Shown piece after piece: positions 1 to 9,321 of a DNA stretch of 64,000 nucleotides. The notes beneath the pieces were generated by a model that saw only the letters and a program-made list of their open reading frames with translations, had not been told where the DNA came from and searched no databases. The stretch covers positions 555,365-619,364 of the forward strand of contig JAYNIM010000001.1 of assembly GCA_038109055.1 (NCBI GenBank), written 5' to 3'. A program made the translations under genes and the position numbers. This stretch comes from a bacterium. Its GTDB lineage: Bacteria; Margulisbacteria; Marinamargulisbacteria; GCA-2716485; JAYNIM01. The first letter of the stretch is position 1. The number at the start of each line of letters is the position of its first letter.

Positions 1-557
1 TCCACAATATCTAACACCAATTTACCTTTTGATTTCAGCAGCAATAAAATTGAATTTAAAATAGAAATATCATCTTCTTCTCGTTCAAAATAACCAAAAG
101 AATTTCCTAATAAAAACACACAATCTACAGAATGAGAGACCCCTTTTAATTTGCGGGCATCTCCTTCCGAAAATTGAATACGCAAGCCTTTTTCAAGTGC
201 ACGTTTTCTAGCTAATCTTATTAAATAACGCGATCGATCTATCCCTTTTACCTTGCTAAATCCCCTACGGGCCAATTCTATAGAATGACGACCTTGACCA
301 CAACATACATCCAATAACTGGTCATTTGTGCTAATACCGGTAGCTTTTATAAGCAAATCAATTTCATATTTGGTATTAAGATCATTTTCAACCACATCTC
401 CATCTGTTTTTAAATATAAGGAATTAAAAATATTTTTCCACCAATCCGAAGGCAAATGCCTTTCTAAATCAGAAATAGGACCCAAGGATTTCAAAGGTTT
501 TACAGTTTTATCTATTTTTTTTGTAAGCACTTCTTTTTTTTTGATTTTTATATTCAC
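1..557 (-). CDS. Class I SAM-dependent methyltransferase domain protein (3' end runs off window)
   Basis: Not in the ORF track. Manual translation from GTG at 557 (GGGAGA at 570-565) gives ...KSLGPISDLERHLPSDWWKNIFNSLYLKTDGDVVEN...LLDVCCGQGRHSIELARRG...GIDRS...GDAR...GNSFGYF, containing SAM motif I (DxCCGxG). Confidence 0.85.
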   Translation of the reverse strand, partial: MNIKIKKKEVLTKKIDKTVKPLKSLGPISDLERHLPSDWWKNIFNSLYLKTDGDVVENDLNTKYEIDLLIKATGISTNDQLLDVCCGQGRHSIELARRGFSKVKGIDRSRYLIRLARKRALEKGLRIQFSEGDARKLKGVSHSVDCVFLLGNSFGYFEREEDDISILNSILLLLKSKGKLVLDIV

Positions 558-770
558 CAAGATATCTCCCAATCATTTAAAAATTTATTTAGTTAAATAT
601 TCATTTTATACAAAAAAACTTAAATAAAAGAAAGCATTTTTTAAACTCAAAAAAAAATCAACCCTTAAAAGAAATTTCAATATTTCTAATGCATATTACA
701 TCGCTTTTTTTGGTGAGTCTGTTTATTATGTTTTGCTCGTATTTTTTTAAATATTTCTTTAACTGCCTCA

Positions 771-814
771 TTAAATTGCACTAAAGAAAAACCTTAAATT
801 GCACTAAAAAAACC
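771..814 (+). repeat. Subterminal direct repeats of the TIR core (TTAAATTGCACTAAA x2, 23-bp period)
   Basis: Copies at 771-785 and 794-808; degenerate third copy AAACTACAGTAAA near 815-827. Confidence 0.8.
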
Positions 815-892
815 AAACTACAGTAAAAAACAAAACAAGAAACACTTTTTTTAATTTAACCCCTAATTTTTCTTCATTCAAAAAAACGAGGA

Positions 893-1753
893 TTATGCCG
901 TTAAATACTGATTATGAACCCACATATAAATATGTAAATGGTCAATCAAATGGGAGATTTTTTTTGTTGTGCCCCAGGTACGCCGAATCAGGCGATTGAT
1001 ATTGGCCCTGAGCATTGCAAAGGTGTGATTAATGATAAAAATGGGGTCTCTTTTGACCTTTTTGAGCTCGCCTTGCCCGGCAACACAGCTTTTATGACCC
1101 TTGAATTGCTGGTAAATAGCGTGTGGAAAATGGCGTTTAACGATGTGTTTATAAAAGCGGCATTCATCTGATTTAAGATGAATTTCGTGGGCTAAATGCT
1201 GCTTCAAATCCTGAAATAATGCGTTCATTTTTTGACGTCTTTCATCGGGTCGATGACCGTATTTTCTAACCGATATTTTCGCCAAATGACCCGTCGCAGG
1301 CATGATTCCAACCTGAAAACCCAAGATTTTACGTGTTGTTTTGGACACCGCCAGCGCCACTGAAAGCGGCTTACACTTGCTATGTTCATAGGTTTGTAGC
1401 TCATCAAATTGCACCTCTTTGACATTGCTAAAACGCGTGAGATCATTCTGCATTTTTAAGCGAGCCTGCTCAGCAAGATAGCGGGCTTTTCGGGCAATGG
1501 TATTTTTATTAACGTTAAACATCAGCGCCAAACGCCGTTGTGAGTTTAATGATGCCAATGCAATCTTAATTGAATGGTTAAGATGACGTTTTTTTTGACG
1601 ATAGGCCGGATCAAAGGTCGCTTGTGAAAAATATTTTTTACACACTTTACACCAATACCGTTTAACCACCCTCCCATCCGATTTTCGCTTAAAACTGCCC
1701 GCCTTTCTGGCGTTTTGTTGACTGCAACAACTTTGTATGGGGCGTTGGGACAT
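893..1753 (-). CDS. Transposase (Zn ribbon + HTH + RNase H-like DD[N] domain)
   Basis: CC...KRYWCKVCKKYF Zn ribbon; SQRRLALMFNVNKNTIAR HTH; VQFDELQTY, SDECRFY and INHTFAMLR...RLIRRT align by eye with IS1 InsB motifs. Confidence 0.85.
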   Translation of the reverse strand: MSQRPIQSCCSQQNARKAGSFKRKSDGRVVKRYWCKVCKKYFSQATFDPAYRQKKRHLNHSIKIALASLNSQRRLALMFNVNKNTIARKARYLAEQARLKMQNDLTRFSNVKEVQFDELQTYEHSKCKPLSVALAVSKTTRKILGFQVGIMPATGHLAKISVRKYGHRPDERRQKMNALFQDLKQHLAHEIHLKSDECRFYKHIVKRHFPHAIYQQFKGHKSCVAGQGELKKVKRDPIFIINHTFAMLRANINRLIRRTWGTTKKISHLIDHLHIYMWVHNQYLTA

Positions 1754-1852
1754 AAAAATAAATTAACAGAAAGAAACTAATTTGTAAATTCTATTTATTT
1801 TTATTTAAATTACATATAATAAGCTTGCTTTTGTTGCAATTTAGGGGGGCAG

Positions 1853-2530
1853 TTAATATGGTTTATCCAGTTCTTCTCGAAGTTCTAGTACTAATTCAAA
1901 ATCACGTGTTACCTGTTTTTTAATCTCAAGAATCTCGTTTATTTCTAATTGAGTGGGAAGGTCGGTGCTGTTGGGTTGTGAAGGATTGTTTAATCCTGTC
2001 TTACTCATATCAAATAAGCTGCTGAATTGTTTCTGTGTCGTCATACCTTGGTACTGATCAAAAATCCCCATGCCTGTGGGGCTTGTTGAACTGCGATTAC
2101 CCAACAAATCAATGGTCATATCTTCTTCTGGCGTGTCTGACTCCTCAGTTTCTTCTGCCAGTTCAGATAGCCCTGCATTCGCTGAAAAAGCTTTGAGCAA
2201 ATTTGAAAGTAAACTCTGTTTTAATTGGGTTACGTTTTGTTCGAATAGGGTAGCATGATCCTTTTTTACTTTGTTCAAATTACTTAATAAGCGTTCGATT
2301 AATGCAAGAGCATCTTCTTTTTTTTGAGGGTCTAGCTGGGATAGCTCCACCTCTTTTTTGATTGTCTGCAGTTGTTCTATTTTTTGTTTTATGTCTATCT
2401 GTGTACTGCTTTCTGCTAATAATTTTGTAAACTCTGCTGATTGGAGTGGCACTGCCTCTGTTCCAGCTGTAAATTGTGGGCTAGCTATTGTTTTAAATGT
2501 ATCTCCTAACTGATTAAATCCTAATGTCAT
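1853..2530 (-). CDS. Hypothetical coiled-coil protein
   Basis: 225-aa ORF with AGGAG RBS; helical Q/E/K-rich; its TAA stop is part of the TTAA next to the IS. Confidence 0.7.
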   Translation of the reverse strand: MTLGFNQLGDTFKTIASPQFTAGTEAVPLQSAEFTKLLAESSTQIDIKQKIEQLQTIKKEVELSQLDPQKKEDALALIERLLSNLNKVKKDHATLFEQNVTQLKQSLLSNLLKAFSANAGLSELAEETEESDTPEEDMTIDLLGNRSSTSPTGMGIFDQYQGMTTQKQFSSLFDMSKTGLNNPSQPNSTDLPTQLEINEILEIKKQVTRDFELVLELREELDKPY

Positions 2531-2565
2531 TTCAACTCCTTATAAAGACACTATCGTTTCTCTTT

Positions 2566-3864
2566 TTAAGAAACTTGCATCTTTTCGCGTGTTAACCATT
2601 TTTGTACACGCGTATCTACCCGAAGATGAGACAATGTGAGGGGTTGTTTGAGCCGTAATCCTGCTAAAGAGCAACAACGGCTGAGTGCCACATAGGCCTG
2701 TCCACTGGCAAAGGTCCCATAGCCAAAATCAATATAGACCTTCTCAAAAGTTTTTCCTTGGCTTTTATGAATTGTCATAGCCCAGGCTAATTTTAAGGGG
2801 AATTGGCGAAAATCGCCCATTTTTTCTTGCTCAATCTTTTTGGTTTCGGCATCGTAGGTATAGCGATACAGTTCCCACTTATGGGGCTCAACTGTAACCT
2901 GTTGGCCGTTTTGTAAGATAACCTGCATGCTCGTTTCCTGTGTATCGATTTGGCTAATTTCTCCGATACTGCCATTCACCCATCGATCGTCGCTATCGTT
3001 ATTTAAAAACATGACTTTTGCACCTACTTTCAACTTAAGTTCCGGCTCTGTTGGGAAACGTTTCTCATCAAATCTTCCGCTACTTTCAGCCTCAAAAACC
3101 TGTTCTTTTGTGTGTAGTTGAGCTAGGGCTTCTTGATTGCGTTTATCTGCTTGGGCATTGGTTGAACATAGCCATATATAATCTGCTGTTACGGGGGTTG
3201 TACTATTTACTACGCTTTGATTTAAACTGGCTAGTTGAAGGGGGGAGATACTTCCTTGTCGAATTTCATTGAGAATCTGAATAAAATCGGGGTCTTGTTG
3301 TCGATAAATTTTTTCTAAATGTATCTGTGAAAGGGATAGGTGTTTGCAAGCATCTCCTGAAAAAAAGAAAGGGCTATCGTAACGGTCTGAGATATAATCT
3401 CGATCAGAGTGGGTTACAACGGGTGGTAATTGATATAAATCACCAATAAAGACCATTTGTTTAGCTGCAAAGGGACGTTTATCTGCAAGTGCTGCTTGTA
3501 AATACTGATCAATACAGTCCAGCATATCTGCACGCAACATCGATACTTCATCGATCACTATGGTATCAATCATCTCTAAAAAGTCTGTATTTTTTATTTT
3601 AGCTCCCTGTTTAGCCGCACTTTCAGGGGTAACGTTTATTTTAAATTTGAAAAATGAATGAATGGTTTCCCCCTGCACATTAAGGGCTGACACCCCTGTT
3701 GGCGCTAAGACCACCACGCGTTTTTGGGTATGGGTTTTGAAATATTGTAAGAGGGTTGATTTACCGGTACCTGCTTTCCCCGTAATAAAGAGACTGTCTT
3801 GGCTATGCTCTAGTTTATCTAGCGCGGTTTTAAATTCTGTATTGAGATCAAGTTTACTTAGCAC
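2566..3864 (-). CDS. Pif1/RecD-like SF1B DNA helicase
   Basis: GKAGTGKS, APTG, DEVSM, GDLYQLPPV, YRQ, QFPLKLAWAMTIHKSQG, GQAYVALSR. Confidence 0.92.
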   Translation of the reverse strand: MLSKLDLNTEFKTALDKLEHSQDSLFITGKAGTGKSTLLQYFKTHTQKRVVVLAPTGVSALNVQGETIHSFFKFKINVTPESAAKQGAKIKNTDFLEMIDTIVIDEVSMLRADMLDCIDQYLQAALADKRPFAAKQMVFIGDLYQLPPVVTHSDRDYISDRYDSPFFFSGDACKHLSLSQIHLEKIYRQQDPDFIQILNEIRQGSISPLQLASLNQSVVNSTTPVTADYIWLCSTNAQADKRNQEALAQLHTKEQVFEAESSGRFDEKRFPTEPELKLKVGAKVMFLNNDSDDRWVNGSIGEISQIDTQETSMQVILQNGQQVTVEPHKWELYRYTYDAETKKIEQEKMGDFRQFPLKLAWAMTIHKSQGKTFEKVYIDFGYGTFASGQAYVALSRCCSLAGLRLKQPLTLSHLRVDTRVQKWLTREKMQVS

Positions 3865-5474
3865 AGGGCTAATGCTTCTCGTTTTTCTTGAACAATGTGA
3901 TTGTTCATATAGTCTTCTAAATTCGAGCGATGATCGATAAAGCCTGTTTCGGAAATTTCGATAATTCGATTGGCCACGGTATTTAACAATTGGGTATCAT
4001 GTGAGGTAAAAATTATACAATCTGACACCTGTTCTAAGGCCGTATTTAGTGCCGAAATACTTTCTAAATCTAAATGGTCTGTGGGCTCGTCAAAAATTAA
4101 TACGTTGGGCTCTTTAAGCATCATGCGTGAAAACATTGCCCTGGCTTTTTCACCTCCTGATAAAACCCGTACCGCTTTGTTAACCTCATCTCCCGAAAAT
4201 AACATACGTCCCAGATACCCCCGAATCTCTTGACTATCTTCTATGGGGGATCCCTCCATTAACCAATCTAATAATGATAAATCACTGTCAAAATAGGCAT
4301 TATTATCTTTAGGAAAATAAGCATGTTGGACACTTTCGCCCCATTTCAGATGACCTGTATCAGGTGTTTGTTCACCCGCAATAACGGATAGTAAGGCTGT
4401 TTTTGCCACTGAATTTTTGCCAATAATTGCGACTTTTTCACCTTTTGTAATTTCAAAAGACAGATTTTTACACGCAGCTACTCCTTCAATATGTATACTT
4501 ATATTTTCGGCCTGTAACACACGATTCCCCAAGCTTCGTTGGGCTTTAAATTGAATGAAAGGTGCCCGTCTGATCGATACAGGTAGTTCATCTGGGCGTA
4601 ATTTTTCGATTAACTTTTTTCGTGATGTTGCTTGTTTCGACTTTGAGGCATTGGCTGAGAAGCGGCGCACAAATTCTTCGAGTTGTTGGACTTTTTTGCT
4701 ATCTTTAGCAGCTTGATCTTGGCGTTGTTGGATGGCTAGCTCACTTGCTTGTCTCCAAAAACTATAGTTTCCAGGATAGATTTTTATTTTACCGTAATCA
4801 ACATCGGCAATGTGGGTGCAGACTTTATTTAAAAAATGTCGATCATGCGACACCACTATCACCGTATTTTTAAAATCTAAAAGATAATCTTCTAACCAAA
4901 CAATGGTTTGATAATCTAAGTGGTTTGTTGGTTCATCTAAGAGAAGAATGTCAGGTTCAGCAAATAAGGCCTGAGCTAATAATACCTTAAATTTGTCTGC
5001 GGCCTCGAGATATTTCATTTCTTTGTCGTGTAGTTCTTCTGTGAGCCCTAATTCGCTAAGCATCATTGCAGCATCAGTTTCGTGGCGATAGCCATCTAAT
5101 TCACCAAATTCTCCCTCTAAATTGCCTACACGTTCACCTTCAGCATCACTCAACTCATCTTTGGCGTATAATTCTTGGCGTTCTTTATAAATCTTATACA
5201 GTTTTTTATAGCCCATCATCACGGTATCCAGAGCCTTCTCATCATCATAGGCAAATTGATCTTGTTTTAGCACCGATAAGGTGGCACCTGGTTCGACATG
5301 AATCTGTCCTTCAGTCGGCAAGATATCTCCGGCAATAATTTTTAATAAGGTTGATTTACCAGCACCATTGGCACCAATCAACCCATAGCAATTTCCAGGC
5401 ACGAATTTTACACTCACATCTTGAAAAAGTGTTTTAGATCCAAACGATAAGGTTAATTTGCTGGTTGTAATCAT
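3858..5474 (-). CDS. ABC-F family ATPase (YbiT-like)
   Basis: Two ABC domains (GANGAGKST, LLLDEPTNHLD; LSGGEKAR, FDEPTDHLD), no TM segments; start placed at ATG 5474 behind GGAG. Confidence 0.92.
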   Translation of the reverse strand: MITTSKLTLSFGSKTLFQDVSVKFVPGNCYGLIGANGAGKSTLLKIIAGDILPTEGQIHVEPGATLSVLKQDQFAYDDEKALDTVMMGYKKLYKIYKERQELYAKDELSDAEGERVGNLEGEFGELDGYRHETDAAMMLSELGLTEELHDKEMKYLEAADKFKVLLAQALFAEPDILLLDEPTNHLDYQTIVWLEDYLLDFKNTVIVVSHDRHFLNKVCTHIADVDYGKIKIYPGNYSFWRQASELAIQQRQDQAAKDSKKVQQLEEFVRRFSANASKSKQATSRKKLIEKLRPDELPVSIRRAPFIQFKAQRSLGNRVLQAENISIHIEGVAACKNLSFEITKGEKVAIIGKNSVAKTALLSVIAGEQTPDTGHLKWGESVQHAYFPKDNNAYFDSDLSLLDWLMEGSPIEDSQEIRGYLGRMLFSGDEVNKAVRVLSGGEKARAMFSRMMLKEPNVLIFDEPTDHLDLESISALNTALEQVSDCIIFTSHDTQLLNTVANRIIEISETGFIDHRSNLEDYMNNHIVQEKREALALC

Positions 5475-5591
5475 TGTTTCTGTCTCCTTTGAATCTTTAA
5501 TGGTAGCCAAAAACCCTCATTAGGGCAAACTTTAGCTGTGGATTGTCAAATTTGAATATCTGTATGATCAAATCAATGTTATACTTTTTTT

Positions 5592-6353
5592 ATGACCGAA
5601 GCACTGTCTAAGGCCTTAAATATGGCCCATCAAGGCTATCGAACCCCCTCTTTGTCGACACGTGACAGTTCCCCGCATTTTGATCGCGTTCTTCATACGA
5701 AAGTTCAAGCTAGTCATCGACAATCTGTCTCTCAGGGCTATCCCCCTACCCCGAATGATATTCAGGGCCTTGTTTTGACAGCCTCTGGTATTGCTGCGCG
5801 TGATACCTCTGCTTTTTCGGATGTCCAGGCCTTTTTTTTAGCCAAGCAGCGCTTGGGTGATCAGGCGGTGATTCAGCTTAGTTTACAGTTGCAACAGACC
5901 CCTAATACCCTACAGCATCTTATCTTGGGTCATAATGGCATTACGCCCTTTGCTGCGGCTGCTTTGGCAGATCTTTTGAAAGTGAATCACTTTATTGGTT
6001 GGTTAGTTTTAAATGGGAACAAACTCTCTGATCTTGGCGCCCAGAAATTGGCAACAGGTCTAGCTAAAAATAAGGGTCTTATCCACCTTATTCTTGATGA
6101 TAATGACATCTCTGATCTTGGTGTTTCTGAGCTTTCAACATCACTTAAAGAGCATCCTACTCTTGAAAGTTTGTTTTTGAAGAATAATGCTTTAACAGAT
6201 CGTAGTAAGGATGCGCTTGTTTCTCTCTTACTTCATTCTCATTCGCTAAAACGCCTGGATCTTCGAGGCAACCCTCGTTTATCCCAGAAAACAAAAGAAA
6301 GCTTATTGCAGATTGCCCACCAAAAGGGGCGTCGAGTACTACTTGATCAATAG
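5592..6353 (+). CDS. Leucine-rich repeat protein (ribonuclease-inhibitor-like 28-aa LRRs)
   Basis: About five LxxLxLxxNxI/LxxxG/AxxxL repeats, e.g. LIHLILDDNDISDLGVSELSTSLKEHPT. Confidence 0.85.
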   Translation: MTEALSKALNMAHQGYRTPSLSTRDSSPHFDRVLHTKVQASHRQSVSQGYPPTPNDIQGLVLTASGIAARDTSAFSDVQAFFLAKQRLGDQAVIQLSLQLQQTPNTLQHLILGHNGITPFAAAALADLLKVNHFIGWLVLNGNKLSDLGAQKLATGLAKNKGLIHLILDDNDISDLGVSELSTSLKEHPTLESLFLKNNALTDRSKDALVSLLLHSHSLKRLDLRGNPRLSQKTKESLLQIAHQKGRRVLLDQ

Positions 6354-6367
6354 TTAATATATTATTT

Positions 6368-7129
6368 TTAATTTACGAAAAGTCTTAAAGAGTTTTGGTA
6401 ACATTTCTGGCTACACTCTCGTAGATCTATCTGTTTCACTTCTGCGATTTTTTGCGCAATTTCTGGCAAATATGCAGGTTGATTGGACTGGCCCTTGTAA
6501 GCTAAAGGTGTCAAATAAGGACTATCTGTTTCGATTAAGCAATGATCCAAATCTAAGACTTTAATCGCCTGAATGGTTTTACCTTTTTTTGCATGGGTAA
6601 TCTGGCCTGTAAAGGAAAAATAATGATTATCTGCCGCTAAGGTTTCAAGAAGTTGTGGCCCCCCTGCGAAACAATGAAAAATCTTGGTTACCTCAGGGAA
6701 ATTTTTTGTGATGGCAACGATATCTGCATCAGCTTTTCGGTTGTGAATGATCACAGGTAGCTTATAGCGCTGTGCTAGATCTAACTGGAAGGTAAAAACT
6801 CTTTGTTGCGCGGCTTTATTCTCTTGTTGCCAGTAATAGTCTAAGCCAATTTCTGCAATAGCCACTATTTTTTGATGGTTGACCTTTAGAAGATCTTCTA
6901 ACTCTCCCATCTTATCAAAATCGTTGGTTTCACAAGGATGAATGCCCACCGTGGGCAAACAATTGGGTTGGCGTTGATGTGTCACCAATACTTTTCGACT
7001 ACTACCGATATTGATTGCGATATTCACAATATGCGTTAAACCTGCCTCGTGGGCAGCGTCTAATAGGTCGTTCTCCTTTTCTTTACACAAATATAGATGC
7101 GCATGTACATCTATGTACTTATTTCTCAT
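6368..7129 (-). CDS. tatD: TatD family metal-dependent DNase
   Basis: IDVHAHL, GIHP, AEIGLDY, IIHNR, FHCF, IETDSPYL; start trimmed to ATG 7129. Confidence 0.9.
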   Translation of the reverse strand: MRNKYIDVHAHLYLCKEKENDLLDAAHEAGLTHIVNIAINIGSSRKVLVTHQRQPNCLPTVGIHPCETNDFDKMGELEDLLKVNHQKIVAIAEIGLDYYWQQENKAAQQRVFTFQLDLAQRYKLPVIIHNRKADADIVAITKNFPEVTKIFHCFAGGPQLLETLAADNHYFSFTGQITHAKKGKTIQAIKVLDLDHCLIETDSPYLTPLAYKGQSNQPAYLPEIAQKIAEVKQIDLRECSQKCYQNSLRLFVN

Positions 7130-7212
7130 CTTACTACTATACGTTTTCTCCTGTTTTATTGTACATCTTAATTTATGTTTAACCTGACAATATTGTGGGT
7201 ATAACATCTAAT

Positions 7213-7632
7213 ATGGACACGAAACAACTGATTGATTTATTAAACCAAGATTTGGCCAATGAACTCATGGCTATTATGCAATATCTTCATTATGCAGCTC
7301 GCGTGGATGGCCCTTATCGCTTGGTCTTACGTGACTTTTTTAGTGCTGAAATAAACGAAGAGAAAGAGCATGCTCTGTATTTGGCTGAAAAAATTATCAC
7401 CTTGGGTGGTGACGCGACCTGTGTACCAAATGCCGTCCCTAAGGTTCAGGGAAACAAGGCCATGCTAGAAGCTGTCTACGAATCTGAACTTCAGGCTATT
7501 CACGACTACACAGAACGTAGTAAACAGGCAGATTCTCTTGGTTTTAAAGCATTGAGTTTAAAACTTGAAGAATTTATTGTTGATGAAACACGTCATAAAG
7601 AAGAAGTGGAACGCTTACTTAAGGGTTGGTAA
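7213..7632 (+). CDS. Ferritin-like/bacterioferritin-like di-iron protein
   Basis: ANELMAIMQY...EEKEHA...ESELQAIHDY...DETRH di-iron ligand pattern; lacks the Bfr heme Met (DEMxH). Confidence 0.85.
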   Translation: MDTKQLIDLLNQDLANELMAIMQYLHYAARVDGPYRLVLRDFFSAEINEEKEHALYLAEKIITLGGDATCVPNAVPKVQGNKAMLEAVYESELQAIHDYTERSKQADSLGFKALSLKLEEFIVDETRHKEEVERLLKGW

Positions 7633-8428
7633 TTCTTTTTATTGTAGGTCTTTCTTTTTGAGACAATAGATATTTAAGAATCACACTCAACCCCCATATT
7701 AGGGACAGTATTAACATAACACAATAACTAGGTGGCACATCTATGATCATCGAAACAAATAAGCCCACAAGAGATGCACTTATCCCAATTCCCCATCCTA
7801 TTAGTACTTGATGTTTGAACGTGTTTGTAAACATGACTGCAGATAAAAGAGGGATGACTAAAAATGAAAATACTAGTAACACCCCTACCATTTTAACTGA
7901 TGACGTCACCACCGCTCCAAACAAGATATAAAAAACAATATTCCATTTTTGAGAAGATGTGGTCAAGAAATAACGATGTAAGCTGATCAATAACAGGCCT
8001 ATCCCTAGATATAATCCATAGGCAATTATCAATTCAGTGGGCTGGATAAATAGTAGGTGCCCTGCTAACATCTCGCGTAAATGATGCCCGTCCATACCCG
8101 TACTTGAAATTACGCCCGTTGCTGTTGCTGTTGCAATAATATACATGACACCAATGACCGCTTCTTGAAGATTTATTTTATTATAAAATGGTTTTAATAC
8201 CGTCAGTATCAAAGAGGCAACTATGGTAAAACTAAAGCCTATCAAAAATAAGATATAATGGTTATCAATATCCGCCCAGCGCCCGACTAAATAGCCAAGC
8301 GCTGCCCATTGTGCAAGTGCAAGATCAATAAATAAAACCCCTCGTCTTAAGACAAAGACCCCAAAATATACATGAATAAGGACTAATACCATACACGCTA
8401 AAAAAGGGAGAAATATAAGGGAGATCAT
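7619..8428 (-). CDS. Metal (Zn/Mn) ABC transporter permease
   Basis: Multi-TM; VLRRGVLFIDLALAQ and VGVLLVFSFLVIP are typical of ZnuB-like permeases. Confidence 0.85.
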   Translation of the reverse strand: MISLIFLPFLACMVLVLIHVYFGVFVLRRGVLFIDLALAQWAALGYLVGRWADIDNHYILFLIGFSFTIVASLILTVLKPFYNKINLQEAVIGVMYIIATATATGVISSTGMDGHHLREMLAGHLLFIQPTELIIAYGLYLGIGLLLISLHRYFLTTSSQKWNIVFYILFGAVVTSSVKMVGVLLVFSFLVIPLLSAVMFTNTFKHQVLIGWGIGISASLVGLFVSMIIDVPPSYCVMLILSLIWGLSVILKYLLSQKERPTIKRITNP

Positions 8429-9321
8429 TTTTTTAATTCTTTTAAAATAAATTCAAATAAATCGTGATAGCTTTCTATTCCCATTTCCCCAACATTAGCC
8501 GGTAGTTTTTTATATCTTGCCCCAATCTCTTTGGCAAAACTTTTCCCTACATACTCTGGGCAATAACTTGCGGTTAAGACAAATGTAGAACGTGATGAAA
8601 CAGCCTGTTTTAGTTTAGCAAGATGCTTTGTTGTAGGAGGAATACCTGGTAATGGTTCTAATTCTCCCATACTTGTTAATCCAAATCCGTCAAAAAAATA
8701 ACTCCATACTTTATGATAGGTGATAAAGGCTGTATCTGACATTGACTCTAATTGAGATTGCCACTTTTCTATACGTTTGTTTAAACTGCGCGAAAATTGT
8801 TGATAGTTTCGGGTATAAAACACCTTATTTTTGGGGTCTATTACGCAGAGTCGTTCTTTGATTTGTTTTGCGATAATAATCCCATTTTTGGGATCAAGCC
8901 AGTAATGTGGGTTGCCATGAATATGGACATCTCCATGCCCTTTATCAATAGTTCCTTTTGGAACCTCTAGTTTTGTAATTTTATCTGAACAATCTAAATG
9001 ACCTGGCTTTCCTTTTAAAACGGCTGTATTGCGTGCCACTTGCGTTAATCCATCAATCCATCCATCTTGATCCATCCCTAAGCGAATCAGAAGATCGGCT
9101 TTTCTTACAGCTAAGACCATTGAGGGCTTTGGATGAATAGTATGTAAATTTCGACTTCCTTTAATCAGCGATCTTACCTCGATAAGTTCGCCCCCAATTG
9201 AGGTAGCGATAGAGGCAAAATCCTCCGTAATCGTCACTACCTGAATTGGGCTAGCAGCTAGGTCTACAGAGAGCCCTACTGCCATCATCATGATAAAAGA
9301 TATCAATCTACTGAAGGACAT
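8425..9321 (-). CDS. Metal ABC transporter substrate-binding protein (ZnuA/TroA-like)
   Basis: Signal peptide; NLHTIHPKPS, HGDVHIHGNPHYWLDP, TYHKVWSYF, EPLPGIPP; exact start uncertain (9342/9321/9306). Confidence 0.88.
   Translation of the reverse strand: MSFSRLISFIMMMAVGLSVDLAASPIQVVTITEDFASIATSIGGELIEVRSLIKGSRNLHTIHPKPSMVLAVRKADLLIRLGMDQDGWIDGLTQVARNTAVLKGKPGHLDCSDKITKLEVPKGTIDKGHGDVHIHGNPHYWLDPKNGIIIAKQIKERLCVIDPKNKVFYTRNYQQFSRSLNKRIEKWQSQLESMSDTAFITYHKVWSYFFDGFGLTSMGELEPLPGIPPTTKHLAKLKQAVSSRSTFVLTASYCPEYVGKSFAKEIGARYKKLPANVGEMGIESYHDLFEFILKELKK

Larger units (their letters stand above)
763..1852 (-). mobile_element. Insertion sequence, ~1090 bp, IS1/IS1595-like, single transposase ORF
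   Basis: Left end CTGCCTCATTAAATTGCACTAAA (763-) vs reverse complement of right end CTGCCCCCCTAAATTGCAACAAA (-1852); TTAA at 759-762 and 1853-1856; transposase inside. Confidence 0.8.

Noticed and set aside
328..627. 99-aa + strand ORF
   Set aside because: Antisense shadow of the - strand methyltransferase, which has clear motifs
771..830. Short repeats as a mini-CRISPR
   Set aside because: No unique spacers and no cas genes; better explained as IS subterminal repeats
7213..7632. Canonical bfr
   Set aside because: Heme-ligating Met absent; left as ferritin-like without a symbol
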